A stretch of DNA of 59,494 nucleotides from NCBI GenBank assembly GCA_031418035.1, contig JANOWU010000306.1, positions 1 to 59,494 of the forward strand. Reading direction: 5' to 3'. The stretch comes from Acidimicrobiia bacterium. GTDB lineage: Bacteria; Actinomycetota; Acidimicrobiia; Acidimicrobiales; JANYDT01. The notes beneath the pieces are model-generated. The model searched no databases and was not told where the DNA came from. It saw only the letters and a program-made list of their open reading frames with translations. This document shows positions 37,014 to 46,725 of this stretch, one piece after another; the first letter of the stretch is position 1; each line of letters starts with the position of its first letter. The translations under genes were made by a program, and so were the position numbers.

Positions 37014-38434
37014 CGAACGCCTCGCTCCTTTGCCAGTGCGATGTTGCGCCTGTGCTCCTTGAAGCTGGTGGCAAAGGAGTGGGCCCCGTCTGCCGAGGTC
37101 ACGACGTAATACAGCCAGTCGCCCGGCTCGGGGTTGAGTGCGGCCTCCAGCGATGCTCGTCCCGGATTCGCGATCGGGCCAGGCGGGAGCCCCTTGTTCG
37201 TGTACGAGTTGTACGGGGTGTCCAGCTTGAGGTCTTCGAGCAGCAGCCGGGTGGTGTTGTCGTTCATGGCATAGAGGATGGTGGCGTCGATCTGGAGATA
37301 CATCTTCGCCTTGAGGCGGTTGTAGATCACACGCGAGATTTTGGCCCGGTCCGAGTCGAGTTTGGCTTCACGTTCGATGAGCGACGCCACAATCAGCGTT
37401 TCGTACGAGGTCAGCTCCACCTTGTCCTGGGAGGAACCGAGGCCCAAGCTGTCCCCGACCTGGTCGAAGTTCTCGACCATCCGCGTCGCAATGAGGTCTT
37501 CGTTTTCTTCCAGGCCGACCACGTAGGTGTCAGGGAACAGGAACCCTTCGAGGTTCGTCACCTCGACAGGTTGGTACGCCGAGCGAATCTTGTTTGCTTT
37601 CACGACCGCCAAGAACTTGTCGCCCGAGCGCCCCGGAAGCTTCTCGGCAATCCGGGCCGCGATCTGCTCGACCCGAAAACCTTCCGGAATCGTGACCTTC
37701 TGCTGTTCCGGAACACTTGGACCGTTCTGGAGCACGTCGAGCGTCGCGGCGAACGACGAGTTCTGCCGAAACACGTACTTTCCAGCCTCGAACCCACCCT
37801 TGCCCTGCACCTGTGTCCAGTAGCGGAACACCTTCGCGTTGCTCACGACCTTGTTCGTGTGGAGCAACTTCGCGATTCCCGACGTTGACGTGTTCGACGG
37901 GATCACCACGGAAACCTCGGGTCCGGGTACTCCCAGTGGATCAACTTGACGCTGATACCACTTGACCCCGTAGAGGACACCACCGGCAATGAGCGCGAGG
38001 GTGAGCAGAAACCCGAGGAAGGCCCGGCCGCGCCGGGGTGGCGGGAAGTCTTCCTCAACCCAGCGATCTCTCGCCCGGCGGTCTCGACGACGCGACCGAG
38101 GACCATTTCGGTTCGGTCCCGAAGTCGATTCCTCTTCGACGTCATCGAACTCCGATCCAGAAGACCGAGGGTCCATGTCGACAGCGCGATCCTCAATTGG
38201 TGCCGCGGCGCGAGCCTGTTGAACCGGCGGAGGGGGTGACGGTCGGCTCGATCGAGCAACGGCATCGTCGACGTCGGGGCGGACACCGACCGGCGCGGAG
38301 CCCGGCGTCGTGCCCGGAAGCGGAGCCCACGAACCGGTGATGTCCCAGTCGTCGGTTGCAGAAACGGCGCCCGTATCGTCATCCTCGGCGAACGGTCCCG
38401 CTGGTGAACGATCCTTCGGTACGTCTGTACTCAT
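37010..38434 (-). CDS. mltG: Endolytic transglycosylase MltG with a long acidic N-terminal cytoplasmic extension
   Basis: TIPEG, EGFLFPDTY, IASLIERE-like, LQIDAT and YNSY..GLPPGPI motifs. Confidence 0.96.
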   Translation of the reverse strand: MSTDVPKDRSPAGPFAEDDDTGAVSATDDWDITGSWAPLPGTTPGSAPVGVRPDVDDAVARSSRPSPPPPVQQARAAAPIEDRAVDMDPRSSGSEFDDVEEESTSGPNRNGPRSRRRDRRARDRWVEEDFPPPRRGRAFLGFLLTLALIAGGVLYGVKWYQRQVDPLGVPGPEVSVVIPSNTSTSGIAKLLHTNKVVSNAKVFRYWTQVQGKGGFEAGKYVFRQNSSFAATLDVLQNGPSVPEQQKVTIPEGFRVEQIAARIAEKLPGRSGDKFLAVVKANKIRSAYQPVEVTNLEGFLFPDTYVVGLEENEDLIATRMVENFDQVGDSLGLGSSQDKVELTSYETLIVASLIEREAKLDSDRAKISRVIYNRLKAKMYLQIDATILYAMNDNTTRLLLEDLKLDTPYNSYTNKGLPPGPIANPGRASLEAALNPEPGDWLYYVVTSADGAHSFATSFKEHRRNIALAKERGVR

Positions 38435-38868
38435 GAGTTTCGCCCTTTCTCTCCGTCGAGCCAGCTTTGAAGCAAGACCGCTGCCGCCACCTTATCTACG
38501 ATGTTGCGTCGTTTCGCGGCGTTCAAGTTTCGTTCCTTCAAATTGGCGTGCGCGGTCGTCGTCGTGAATCGCTCATCGTGCACCACGACCGAAACCCCTT
38601 TGGGTTCGAACAGGGCTTGCAACTGCACGAACTCCGTCCGAATGAGTTTCGCAGCCTTTCCTTCCGAACCGTTCAAACTGAGTGGAAGCCCCACCACGAT
38701 CGTGTCGGCTTCGTACTCGTCGACGATGTCGGCAATCGCCTTGTGATCCTCAGCCACGGCACCACGACGGAGGAGCACGACAACAGGACTCGCCAACGTT
38801 CGTGTCGTGTCGCTAGACGCAACGCCGATCCGTTTGCTCCCGAGATCGAGTGCTAGTACTCGGACCAT
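38431..38868 (-). CDS. ruvX: Holliday junction resolvase RuvX / YqgF
   Basis: LALDLGSKRIGVA, VVGLP, DERFTT and DKVAA motifs. Confidence 0.96.
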   Translation of the reverse strand: MVRVLALDLGSKRIGVASSDTTRTLASPVVVLLRRGAVAEDHKAIADIVDEYEADTIVVGLPLSLNGSEGKAAKLIRTEFVQLQALFEPKGVSVVVHDERFTTTTAHANLKERNLNAAKRRNIVDKVAAAVLLQSWLDGEKGRNS

Positions 38869-38892
38869 AGAGCCACCATCAGATATGCACGC

Positions 38893-41502
38893 TTATTGAT
38901 ATGACTTCACCCGCAGCGCGGCCAACGCGTCGTCGAGCATCTCGGGGCGTTTCCCACCGGCAATAGCGATGTCGGCGCTCTTGCCGCCGCCACCACCGAC
39001 AGTCTTCGCAGCATCGGCGATCAGATCGCTCGCCGTGGTCCCGTATTCGGGCGTGACCACCGAGACCAGCGTGACGCCACCGGTAACCGGCGCGCTGCCG
39101 AGAACAACGGCGCGAATTCCCGGCTGATCGCGGATCGCGATGGCGAGGTCTTTCAAACCATCTCGATCGAGGTCGTCGATGCGGGCGATAACCACGCCAT
39201 TGAATGCATTCCCGATGAACTCATTCACCCGACTTCCCGCGGCCAATCGTTTCAGCTCTACGATCTGGCGTTCTAGGTCCTTGCGCTCTTCCAGAAGCTT
39301 TTCGACGCGGCTCGGAAGGTCGTCGGGCTTGACCCGAAGCGTCGCCGCTGCGGCGTCGAGGAGCTCTTCATCGTGGCGAAGCTTGGCGATGGTCTGCATT
39401 CCGGTTGTTGCTTCGATGCGCCGGACGTTGGACCCGATCGATCCTTCGCTGACGATCTTGACCGCACCGATCTCGCCAACGTTGCGCACGTGGGTTCCAC
39501 CGCAGAACTCGAGGCTCGGGCCGGCGAGCAGGATCCGAACTCGGTCACCGTACTTGTCGCCGAAGAACGCAATGGCGCCCATCTCTTCAGCCTCGGCCTT
39601 GGTTTTTTCCTCGTTCATCGCTGCTTGTCCTGTGAGGACGATGCCGTTCACGATGTCTTCGATCTGTGCCGTTTGCGCGTCGGTCAGAGGATCGAAATGA
39701 AAGAAGTCGAAACGGAGACGATCCGGTCCGACCAACGAACCCTGCTGCTTGACGTGGTCGCCGAGAACCTCGCGCAACGCATGGTGGATCAGGTGGGTGG
39801 CGGTGTGGTTCTTACGGGTGGCGTCGCGATGACTCACATTGATATGTGCACGTGCTTTTGTATTCGGCTCGATCGAACCGCTCACAATTCGGGCACTGTG
39901 CCGGACCAGACCCGGAATCGCGTAGGTCGTGTCTTCCACCGTGGCCTCGCCATCGGAGGTGGAGATCGTTCCGGTGTCGCCGACCTGTCCACCAGACTCC
40001 GCGTAGAACGGCGTGCGGTCGAGGAAGATCTCCACGATTCCGTTCTCATCGGCCTCGACGACAGCCAGCACCGTGGCATCGTTGGCTTCGGTTTCCGCGT
40101 ACCCGGTGAAGGTGGTCGTCCCATTGGCTTCCATCACCGACCGGTATTGATCGGCCAGAGCCTCGGGCGTCTTGGCATTCTTTCGGGCAGCCTGGGCCAT
40201 GGCCACCTGATTCGCCATCGCGGCGTCGAAGCCCGCCTGGTCGATGGCGAGCCCGCGCTCTTCCGCGATCTCCTTGGTGAGCTCCAGCGGAAAACCGTAC
40301 GTGTCGTGAAGCTTGAACGCGATTGCGCCGCTCAATGGCTCCTGTGCAGCAAGGGCCTTGAACTCCTCCTCGATCATCGAGTTTCCTGTTTTCAGCGTCT
40401 GGCGGAACTTGAACTCCTCACGCTCGACGATGTCGATGATGCGATCTCGCTTGGCTACGACGTCGGGGTACGCCTCCCCCATGACGCCGATGGCCACGTC
40501 GACCATCTGGCCCATGATGTTCTTCTCGGTTCCCAAGCGGTACGCGTGCCGGATGGCGCGGCGCAGGATGCGGCGCAACACGTACCCGCGGCCTTCATTG
40601 CTCGGGAACACGCCATCGCCCACCAACATCGCCCCCGAACGAGCGTGCTCGGCAAGGATGCGCATGCTGAGGTCGTCGGCGGATTCGTAGCTCTTGGTGT
40701 ACGTGCGGCCCGTGAGGCTCGAGGCCTTTTCGATGAGCGGAATCATCAAGTCCGTGTCCCATACGGCATCGACGCCGCGCAGGATCGACAGTGTGCGCTC
40801 CAACCCCATCCCGGTGTCGATGCTGGGCTTCGGGAGACGCTCCCGCGACCCGTCGGCCGACTGGTTGTACTGCATGAACACGAGGTTCCAGAACTCCAGG
40901 AAACGGTGCTCTGCGTCGGGGTTCAGTGGGCCACCATCAGGCCCGAACGATGGACCCTTGTCGATGAAGATCTCCGAACACGGACCGCAGGGCCCGGTTT
41001 CGCCCATCTGCCAGAAATTGTCCTTGTCGCCAAGACGCTGAATACGGGACTTGGGTAGGCCGCTGATGTCGAGCCACATCTCCTCGGCTTCATCGTCGGA
41101 TTCATGAACGGTCACCCAGAGCTTGTCGGGATCAAAGCCCAGCCATTCCGTGACGTACTCCCATGCGAACGGGATCGCATCCGCCTTGAAATAGTCACCG
41201 AAGCTGAAATTGCCCAGCATCTCGAAAAACACCAGGTGACGCATGGTGCGGCCGACATCGTCGAGGTCGTTGTGCTTGCCTCCCGCCCGCGCACACTTTT
41301 GACTCGTGACGGCTCGACCGTACGGCGCCGTCTCGTCGCCGGTGAAATACGGCTTGAACGGCACCATCCCAGCCACGGTGAACAGCACCGTGGGGTCGTG
41401 AGGGATCAAGGACGCCGAGGCAACCTCGGTATGCCCCTTCGAGACGAAGAAATCAAGATAGGAGCGGCGCAGCTCGTTGGCAGTTTCGGGACGTTTCGGC
41501 AT
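38893..41502 (-). CDS. alaS: Alanine--tRNA ligase
   Basis: AGMVPFK, FFEMLGNFSFGDYFK, IDTGMGLER, NHTATH and CGGTH motifs. Confidence 0.99.
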   Translation of the reverse strand: MPKRPETANELRRSYLDFFVSKGHTEVASASLIPHDPTVLFTVAGMVPFKPYFTGDETAPYGRAVTSQKCARAGGKHNDLDDVGRTMRHLVFFEMLGNFSFGDYFKADAIPFAWEYVTEWLGFDPDKLWVTVHESDDEAEEMWLDISGLPKSRIQRLGDKDNFWQMGETGPCGPCSEIFIDKGPSFGPDGGPLNPDAEHRFLEFWNLVFMQYNQSADGSRERLPKPSIDTGMGLERTLSILRGVDAVWDTDLMIPLIEKASSLTGRTYTKSYESADDLSMRILAEHARSGAMLVGDGVFPSNEGRGYVLRRILRRAIRHAYRLGTEKNIMGQMVDVAIGVMGEAYPDVVAKRDRIIDIVEREEFKFRQTLKTGNSMIEEEFKALAAQEPLSGAIAFKLHDTYGFPLELTKEIAEERGLAIDQAGFDAAMANQVAMAQAARKNAKTPEALADQYRSVMEANGTTTFTGYAETEANDATVLAVVEADENGIVEIFLDRTPFYAESGGQVGDTGTISTSDGEATVEDTTYAIPGLVRHSARIVSGSIEPNTKARAHINVSHRDATRKNHTATHLIHHALREVLGDHVKQQGSLVGPDRLRFDFFHFDPLTDAQTAQIEDIVNGIVLTGQAAMNEEKTKAEAEEMGAIAFFGDKYGDRVRILLAGPSLEFCGGTHVRNVGEIGAVKIVSEGSIGSNVRRIEATTGMQTIAKLRHDEELLDAAAATLRVKPDDLPSRVEKLLEERKDLERQIVELKRLAAGSRVNEFIGNAFNGVVIARIDDLDRDGLKDLAIAIRDQPGIRAVVLGSAPVTGGVTLVSVVTPEYGTTASDLIADAAKTVGGGGGKSADIAIAGGKRPEMLDDALAALRVKSYQ

Positions 41503-41606
41503 GACCGCCCTAGCTTAGGGGCCGGGACTCGCTGACTCGACGTGCGTTTCGACAAACCCGGGGCCCCGGTTCGCCAAACCGACACTCGGGCTGCAACACT
41601 CGAACC

Positions 41607-42869
41607 GTGACCTCCGCTCCCGCCCGTAGACCGTTTTACGGGTGGGTGATCGTTGCCACCACGTGCTTCCAACTCACCTTCTCCGCCGGACTCGGCTTCT
41701 ACGGCCTGCCCGTGTACCTGCGGAGCCTCCACAACGAGCGAGGGTTTTCGGTGAGCTGGTTGTCGGGAGCGACGTCCGCGTTCTGGGTTGCCTCCGGCGT
41801 CGCCGGACTCCTCATAGCGAAACTGTTGAGCCGCTTCGACCCTCGGGTGTTCATTGCGGTCGGCGCAGCTCTAGGTGCACTTAGCATCGCGTCGCTTGGT
41901 CATGTGACCGACCTGTGGCAGGTCTTTCTTGCCTACATCGTCTTCGGGGTCGGATTCAGCCTGACGGCAGTCGTCGTGGCCAACACCGTAATCATGCGTT
42001 GGTTCCATCGGCGACGTTCGGTCGCGCTTTCCATCGCCACAACCGGTCTCTCACTCGGCGGGGTCATCCTCACACCGATCGCTACCTCGTTGCTCACCCA
42101 CCGCAGCCTTTCCTCGGCGTTCGCCATCATTGCTGTGGTGTTCTTCTTCGGTGTCTTGGTCGTACCCATGATTTTTCTCCGCCCCGATCCGGAGTCGAAA
42201 GGGACGTATCCCGACGGACTGGTACCGACCGACGCCAACGCCGACCCGAACCTCAAGGCCCCGGGCGTCCCGTACGAACAGGCAGTCCACACGACCGCGT
42301 TCTACGCGATCACTGCCGCATTCGCCTTCGCGCTCCTCGCGCAACTGGGCGGCATATCCCAGCTCGTCAACCTCGCCACAGAACGAGCGGGAAAAGGGGT
42401 GGGCGACCGCATCGTGATCGTCCTCGCAACGTGCAGCGTCATGGGGCGTCTCCTCGGTGGTGCGTTCGTACAACGTTGGTCAACCCGTAAGTTCGCCATT
42501 TCAGTACTGACACTGCAAGTCATCGGGATTGTCGCGTTGAGCTCGGCGCAGAACGCCACGACGGTGTACATCTCGGCGATCGCGTTCGGCTTCGCCGTAG
42601 GAAACGTGCTGCTGCTCCACCCTTTGCTCATCGCCGAAGTGTTCGGCGTTCGCGACTACGGGCGCATCTATGGTCGATCACAACTCTTCGTCTCCATGGG
42701 AAATGCGAGCGGACCCGTCCTAGCCGGCTGGCTTCGTGATCATGCGGGCGGATACCAGACCTCGTTTCTGGTCACGGCCGGCATCAGCGTCCTCGGACTG
42801 ACGGTCTATACGCTTCGCGGCAAGATCTCCGACGAACTGTCGGCCGCCTCGAATGTCTCGGTGGCGTAA
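41607..42869 (+). CDS. MFS transporter (OFA/MCT-like)
   Basis: About 12 TM segments with FYGWVIV, WFHRRRSVA and FGVRDYGRIYG. Confidence 0.9.
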   Translation: MTSAPARRPFYGWVIVATTCFQLTFSAGLGFYGLPVYLRSLHNERGFSVSWLSGATSAFWVASGVAGLLIAKLLSRFDPRVFIAVGAALGALSIASLGHVTDLWQVFLAYIVFGVGFSLTAVVVANTVIMRWFHRRRSVALSIATTGLSLGGVILTPIATSLLTHRSLSSAFAIIAVVFFFGVLVVPMIFLRPDPESKGTYPDGLVPTDANADPNLKAPGVPYEQAVHTTAFYAITAAFAFALLAQLGGISQLVNLATERAGKGVGDRIVIVLATCSVMGRLLGGAFVQRWSTRKFAISVLTLQVIGIVALSSAQNATTVYISAIAFGFAVGNVLLLHPLLIAEVFGVRDYGRIYGRSQLFVSMGNASGPVLAGWLRDHAGGYQTSFLVTAGISVLGLTVYTLRGKISDELSAASNVSVA

Positions 42870-42875
42870 GCGCGC

Positions 42876-43247
42876 TTAGAAGCTGACGCTGGCGGCAGTT
42901 TGCTCGCCAGACGTCATGAACTCGACGAGACCGGCACCGCCCCCGAGCACTGCGCCGGGAACGAGGGGGTTTTGGTCGAGACCGCGAACCTTCGCGCACG
43001 GTGTGCAGGTGAGGATCTTGCCGCCACCGGCGCCGAAGGTGGCGATGAGCTCGGCGAGGGGCGCGAATCCCTCTGCGTGCATATCTTTCGCACCGTCGAC
43101 GAAGCCGAAGCGAACTGCCTCAATCGTGACGAACACAAGTACGTCTTTGCCGCTCGCCAACGCCGCGTTGGCGACCACGAAGCCGACGGTTGCTTTGTCC
43201 ACGTTTTCAGGACCGGTGGTCAGGTTTACGCAGAATCGTTCGGTCAT
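42876..43247 (-). CDS. DsrE family protein
   Basis: ATVGFVVANAA, VFVTIEAV and CTPCAKVRG motifs. Confidence 0.85.
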   Translation of the reverse strand: MTERFCVNLTTGPENVDKATVGFVVANAALASGKDVLVFVTIEAVRFGFVDGAKDMHAEGFAPLAELIATFGAGGGKILTCTPCAKVRGLDQNPLVPGAVLGGGAGLVEFMTSGEQTAASVSF

Positions 43248-43477
43248 TGTGGCTCTCCAGATGGGTGAAGGGTGAGTAGGTAACGATCCGTGAAACCCGG
43301 GACCGGTCCATCAAATCGGTGACGGGTCATTCGACACCATGCTGGCAGTTCCGTCGGGGCACCGGCATCGTCGGTCCATAGAACTATCTCAGCATCCGGC
43401 TCGGTCGTCGTTCGGGCCAGCGCCGCGAGTCGGATCAAGACGTCGGCACACCCTGCACCGCGAAGGTCGATCAGCAT
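43244..43477 (-). CDS. TusA/SirA-like sulfur carrier
   Basis: IDLRGAGC...TDDAGA..ELPAWCRMTRH. Coupled to dsrE by an ATGA overlap. Confidence 0.75.
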   Translation of the reverse strand: MLIDLRGAGCADVLIRLAALARTTTEPDAEIVLWTDDAGAPTELPAWCRMTRHRFDGPVPGFTDRYLLTLHPSGEPQ

Positions 43478-43752
43478 CAGCGAAGCGCTCGCTGCGGGTT
43501 GGTCTCCCCCGACCGAATCGACTCAAGCTGTATCTTGAGCGCCCGCTCCCGGTCCTCCGCGGCCCATTTTCCGGCCTGCACGGCTCGCGATACCCGACTT
43601 TTGGCGGCGTCGGCGACAACGCCCGGCTGAATCGCAATCCTTGCGTCGTCGAGGGCGACCTGCACCGCGCGTTTCACTTTGCGCTTCGCCCACCACGACC
43701 CTCCCGCGCCCATCAGCGCGCCGGTCGACCACCAAATCAAGCGCTTGAACAT
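43477..43752 (-). CDS. Small membrane protein typical upstream of alaS in Actinobacteria (DUF6167-like)
   Basis: MFKRLIWWSTGALMGAGGSWWA N-terminus plus synteny. Confidence 0.65.
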   Translation of the reverse strand: MFKRLIWWSTGALMGAGGSWWAKRKVKRAVQVALDDARIAIQPGVVADAAKSRVSRAVQAGKWAAEDRERALKIQLESIRSGETNPQRALR

Positions 43753-43810
43753 GACTCAAGTGTGGACCAAACGAACGCCCAACATGTGCCGCCCTCCTTC
43801 AGCCCGCCAA

Positions 43811-43969
43811 CATTCGATGGCGAGTTGCCGGGTCGGTAGCAAGTCGGAGCCCGCTCGACACTCGACGGCGAGTTGCAGCCGTGCCCCCACTCGACGGCGA
43901 GTTGCAGGGTCGACGGCAAGTTATCTCCCCCAACAACTTGCCGTCGACCCTGCAACTCGCCGTTGAATG
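43811..43969. repeat. REP/BIME-like cluster, family C (three direct copies and one inverted copy)
   Basis: Perfect 29-bp inverted repeat at 43894-43922/43935-43963, with further copies at 43811-43844 and 43859-43878. Confidence 0.9.
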
Positions 43970-44586
43970 GAATGGATGGGATGATCCGCTCCGTCCTTGC
44001 CGATCTGGGGAGGGCGTTCCGCGAGTCGTGCACGGTGCGTCATCGACTGCTCCCTCCTCCCCCGAAACCGTTGAGCCGAACACGGAGAGACGAACTCGTC
44101 ACTCCAACGTGACAAACCCAAATCGAGGTCGGTTCCGTGCACTTCGGCTTCCGTGAGACGCAGAAGTGCAAGGTTCGCCAACGGGAGCGCCCCGAGATCC
44201 CCGTTGTCGCTGGGCTCGCGAATCGTGCGCTGCCAATCGGTCTCGTCCATGTGGGTCCATCGTCGGTCGAGTGCCATGTTCGCGTTGACGAACGACTCCA
44301 CGACATCCTTCGCGGTTTCCTGTGGTGCCGGGACGAGTGTGGAGGGGCCTTGCTCGGATCGTCCGAATGGATAGTACGAAGTCGGCTGGTCGCTGAGTGT
44401 GTCGTCGGTCATTCGAACGTTGGCGAGCGCGCCGTAGCGAAGGTGGCACAGGATCGTGAGCCGACTCCACCCCAGCAGTAATGAAGGACCGCGCCACTGC
44501 GCGTCCGAGGTCTCGCGAGCAATTCTTGCAAGCTCACCGTGGCGTGTCTTGACTGCATGAGCGATCCGCGACGACGAAACAATCAC
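43921..44586 (-). pseudogene. Mycothiol-dependent maleylpyruvate isomerase N-terminal (DinB-like) protein, apparently 3'-truncated
   Basis: PSLLLGWSRLTILCHL and RLTEAEVHGTDL motifs. After WSDEFV the frame runs into the repeat cluster. Confidence 0.6.
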
Positions 44587-44945
44587 ACCATCAGTGTCGC
44601 CGATGAGCGGACGCTCCGTCCGGCGCCTACCGACCGCCGGAGCCCCAATAGAAGGGTCCGGGGGTCCCGGTAACCGACATATCCCAACCCATCGATCGAA
44701 GGCGAGTCTCGAGTTGCGCCGGCTCGTACGGGATTTTGATCACCCGGAACTGTTGCCCAACCAATTGCCCCGAGGCCGACTCATTGAGGGCGGACTCTCA
44801 TAAGCGCGCAGAATGTTCATTCCACCGCATTCAGTGTGCCCTCCAAAGCGGTTGGCACCACAGCGCCAGGTTTGTCGCTGTGACACCGTCTTCGGCGCCA
44901 ATCTGGCACGGTAGCACCAACCTTCAGTGGCGGCGCAAGTCATTA

Positions 44946-45959
44946 TCAACGAGTCCGTTTGGATGTTCGGGTCGTTCGCCCGAGGGCACGCAAGGTTGAG
45001 CTTCGACGGGTGAGGTGTGCAGCGAGCGCCGGTGAGGTGATGGTGACGGGAACGTCGAATCTGAAGATCATCAGCATCGCCCAGTCAAGATCGTCGACGG
45101 ACATCACCACGCGGGTGCGCTGCGCCGACACACGTGTTACTTCGGCGGGTCCATGGATCTCGCGTCGTACATCGCTTTCCGGAGCATCGACTACGAACTC
45201 CACCTCATGGAGCTGACGCAGATCTCGGATCCGACCGGCCACATAGGCCGCGAGATCGGCGGCGGGCAGCGGCCGGGGGGTGAACGTGTTGCGAGTCGGA
45301 CTCGGATCGCTCATCCGGTCCACGCGAAAGGTGCGCCAGTCGGTGCGGTCCAGGTCGAAGGCAACCATGTACCAACGGCGTCCTCGGGTGATCAGTCGGT
45401 ACGGCTCGACGTAACGGACCGACACGGGAGCAGAGGCCCCGTCGACGTCGGCGCGCCCGTCGGCCACCGGAGCGCGGTACTCGAATCTGAGTCGGACTTC
45501 GTCTTGGCACGCCTGCGCGACCACGCCCAGCACGTGCGCCGCCGGTTGCTCGGTCGTGCGCCTGTAGTCCGCTGCTTCGGTGACGTGATCCATCAGTTCG
45601 ACCTGGCGGCGTACCGCAGCTGGGAGGGTCGTGACCAACTTGGCGAGGGCCCGCAATGACGCCTCTGCGGTGGTTGGGTCGGTTCCGTTGGCGACGGCCC
45701 GCAAGCCGACCGCCAACGCGACCGCCTCGTCGTGGGTGAAGGTCATGGGGGCGAGGGCGACCCCGACGCCCATCTGGTATCCGCCGTCGACGCCGCGCAC
45801 GGACTCGATCGGATACCCGAGACCGCGGAGACGGTCGATGTCTCGCCGCAGGGTTCGCAGCGAGATATCGAGCCGTTCCGCCAACTCCGGGCCGTGCCAA
45901 TACCGGTGAAGCTGCAACAGAGAGAGCAGCTGCAGCATGCGGCTGCTCGTGTCTGCCAT
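44946..45959 (-). CDS. HTH-WYL domain transcriptional regulator (YafY-like)
   Basis: SLRTLRRDIDRLRGLGYP HTH and VEPYRL...RWYMVAFD...WRTFRVDR. Confidence 0.95.
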   Translation of the reverse strand: MADTSSRMLQLLSLLQLHRYWHGPELAERLDISLRTLRRDIDRLRGLGYPIESVRGVDGGYQMGVGVALAPMTFTHDEAVALAVGLRAVANGTDPTTAEASLRALAKLVTTLPAAVRRQVELMDHVTEAADYRRTTEQPAAHVLGVVAQACQDEVRLRFEYRAPVADGRADVDGASAPVSVRYVEPYRLITRGRRWYMVAFDLDRTDWRTFRVDRMSDPSPTRNTFTPRPLPAADLAAYVAGRIRDLRQLHEVEFVVDAPESDVRREIHGPAEVTRVSAQRTRVVMSVDDLDWAMLMIFRFDVPVTITSPALAAHLTRRSSTLRALGRTTRTSKRTR

Positions 45960-45968
45960 GTGCCGTCC

Positions 45969-46724
45969 TCAGTCGTAGTTGTTGACCATACGAACCGAGA
46001 GCGCCATCATCGCGGCACCGGCCACGGCGATGACAAGGAAGCCTTTGCCCAGGATCTCCCAGTCGAAGCCCCCGAGGATGAGCGACCGGGTCGCCTCCAT
46101 CACATACGTCACGGGATTGAGTGTTGCGGCAATCTCCATCGGCCGCGTGAGCATGTTGCGGGGCACGAAGTTCGGCGTGACGAACAGCAACGGAAAGAAC
46201 ACCATGCTGGCGCCTTGAGTGGCCGCGGCCGATCGAGTTTTGAGCGACACGAGTTGCATGAATCCAGAAAACACGACGGCCCACAACGAGCACAGCACGA
46301 GCAGCATCACAAAGCCCGGGATACCGCTCTTGACCCGAACACCAAACAGCATTGCGATCACGATCATCACGGTCGTGAGCACTGCGGTTTTCGCAACCTC
46401 CGCATACAGGCGACCCAGGATCAGCGAAACCCGGCTGATCGGCGTCGCCCGGAGCTTGTCGAAGTACCCGCCCTCGATCTCCTCGGTCAGATACAGCGCG
46501 GCTGCACCGAACGACGCCGACAGCAGCAACGATGCCGGCAATTGAAACGCCGCATACGTCTGTCCATTGAGGAACGGTGTGCCTCCGGACGGGAACACTC
46601 GGCCGGCCTGTCCGATGTTCACGACGAGGAAGAACAGTGGGATGAAGATGGTGGGGAGCAGCGAGTCGGGCGTGCGCATGGCTTCACGGATCGCGCGGCC
46701 GCCGAGGATGAATGATTCCTTCAT
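45969..46724 (-). CDS. ABC-2 type exporter permease (DrrB-like)
   Basis: About six TM segments with GYFDKLRATP and LNPVTY. Confidence 0.9.
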   Translation of the reverse strand: MKESFILGGRAIREAMRTPDSLLPTIFIPLFFLVVNIGQAGRVFPSGGTPFLNGQTYAAFQLPASLLLSASFGAAALYLTEEIEGGYFDKLRATPISRVSLILGRLYAEVAKTAVLTTVMIVIAMLFGVRVKSGIPGFVMLLVLCSLWAVVFSGFMQLVSLKTRSAAATQGASMVFFPLLFVTPNFVPRNMLTRPMEIAATLNPVTYVMEATRSLILGGFDWEILGKGFLVIAVAGAAMMALSVRMVNNYD

Positions 46725-46725
46725 G

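Noticed and set aside
39373-41058. Long antisense ORFs (here opposite alaS; also 5909-6997, 2424-3770, 53734-55107, 57011-58717)
   Set aside because: These are shadows of genuine high-GC genes on the other strand, with no recognisable motifs.
43811-43969. Possible CRISPR array from the ~35-bp repeats
   Set aside because: Spacing is irregular, one copy is partial and one inverted, and the spacers are too short. This fits REP/BIME organisation.
44780-44825. tRNA-like fragment around CTCATAA
   Set aside because: No T-loop (GTTCRA), acceptor stem or cloverleaf.
44594-44945. Integrase/att remnant in the 350-bp intergenic gap
   Set aside because: No recognisable recombinase motif, and no partner repeat or tRNA end was found.
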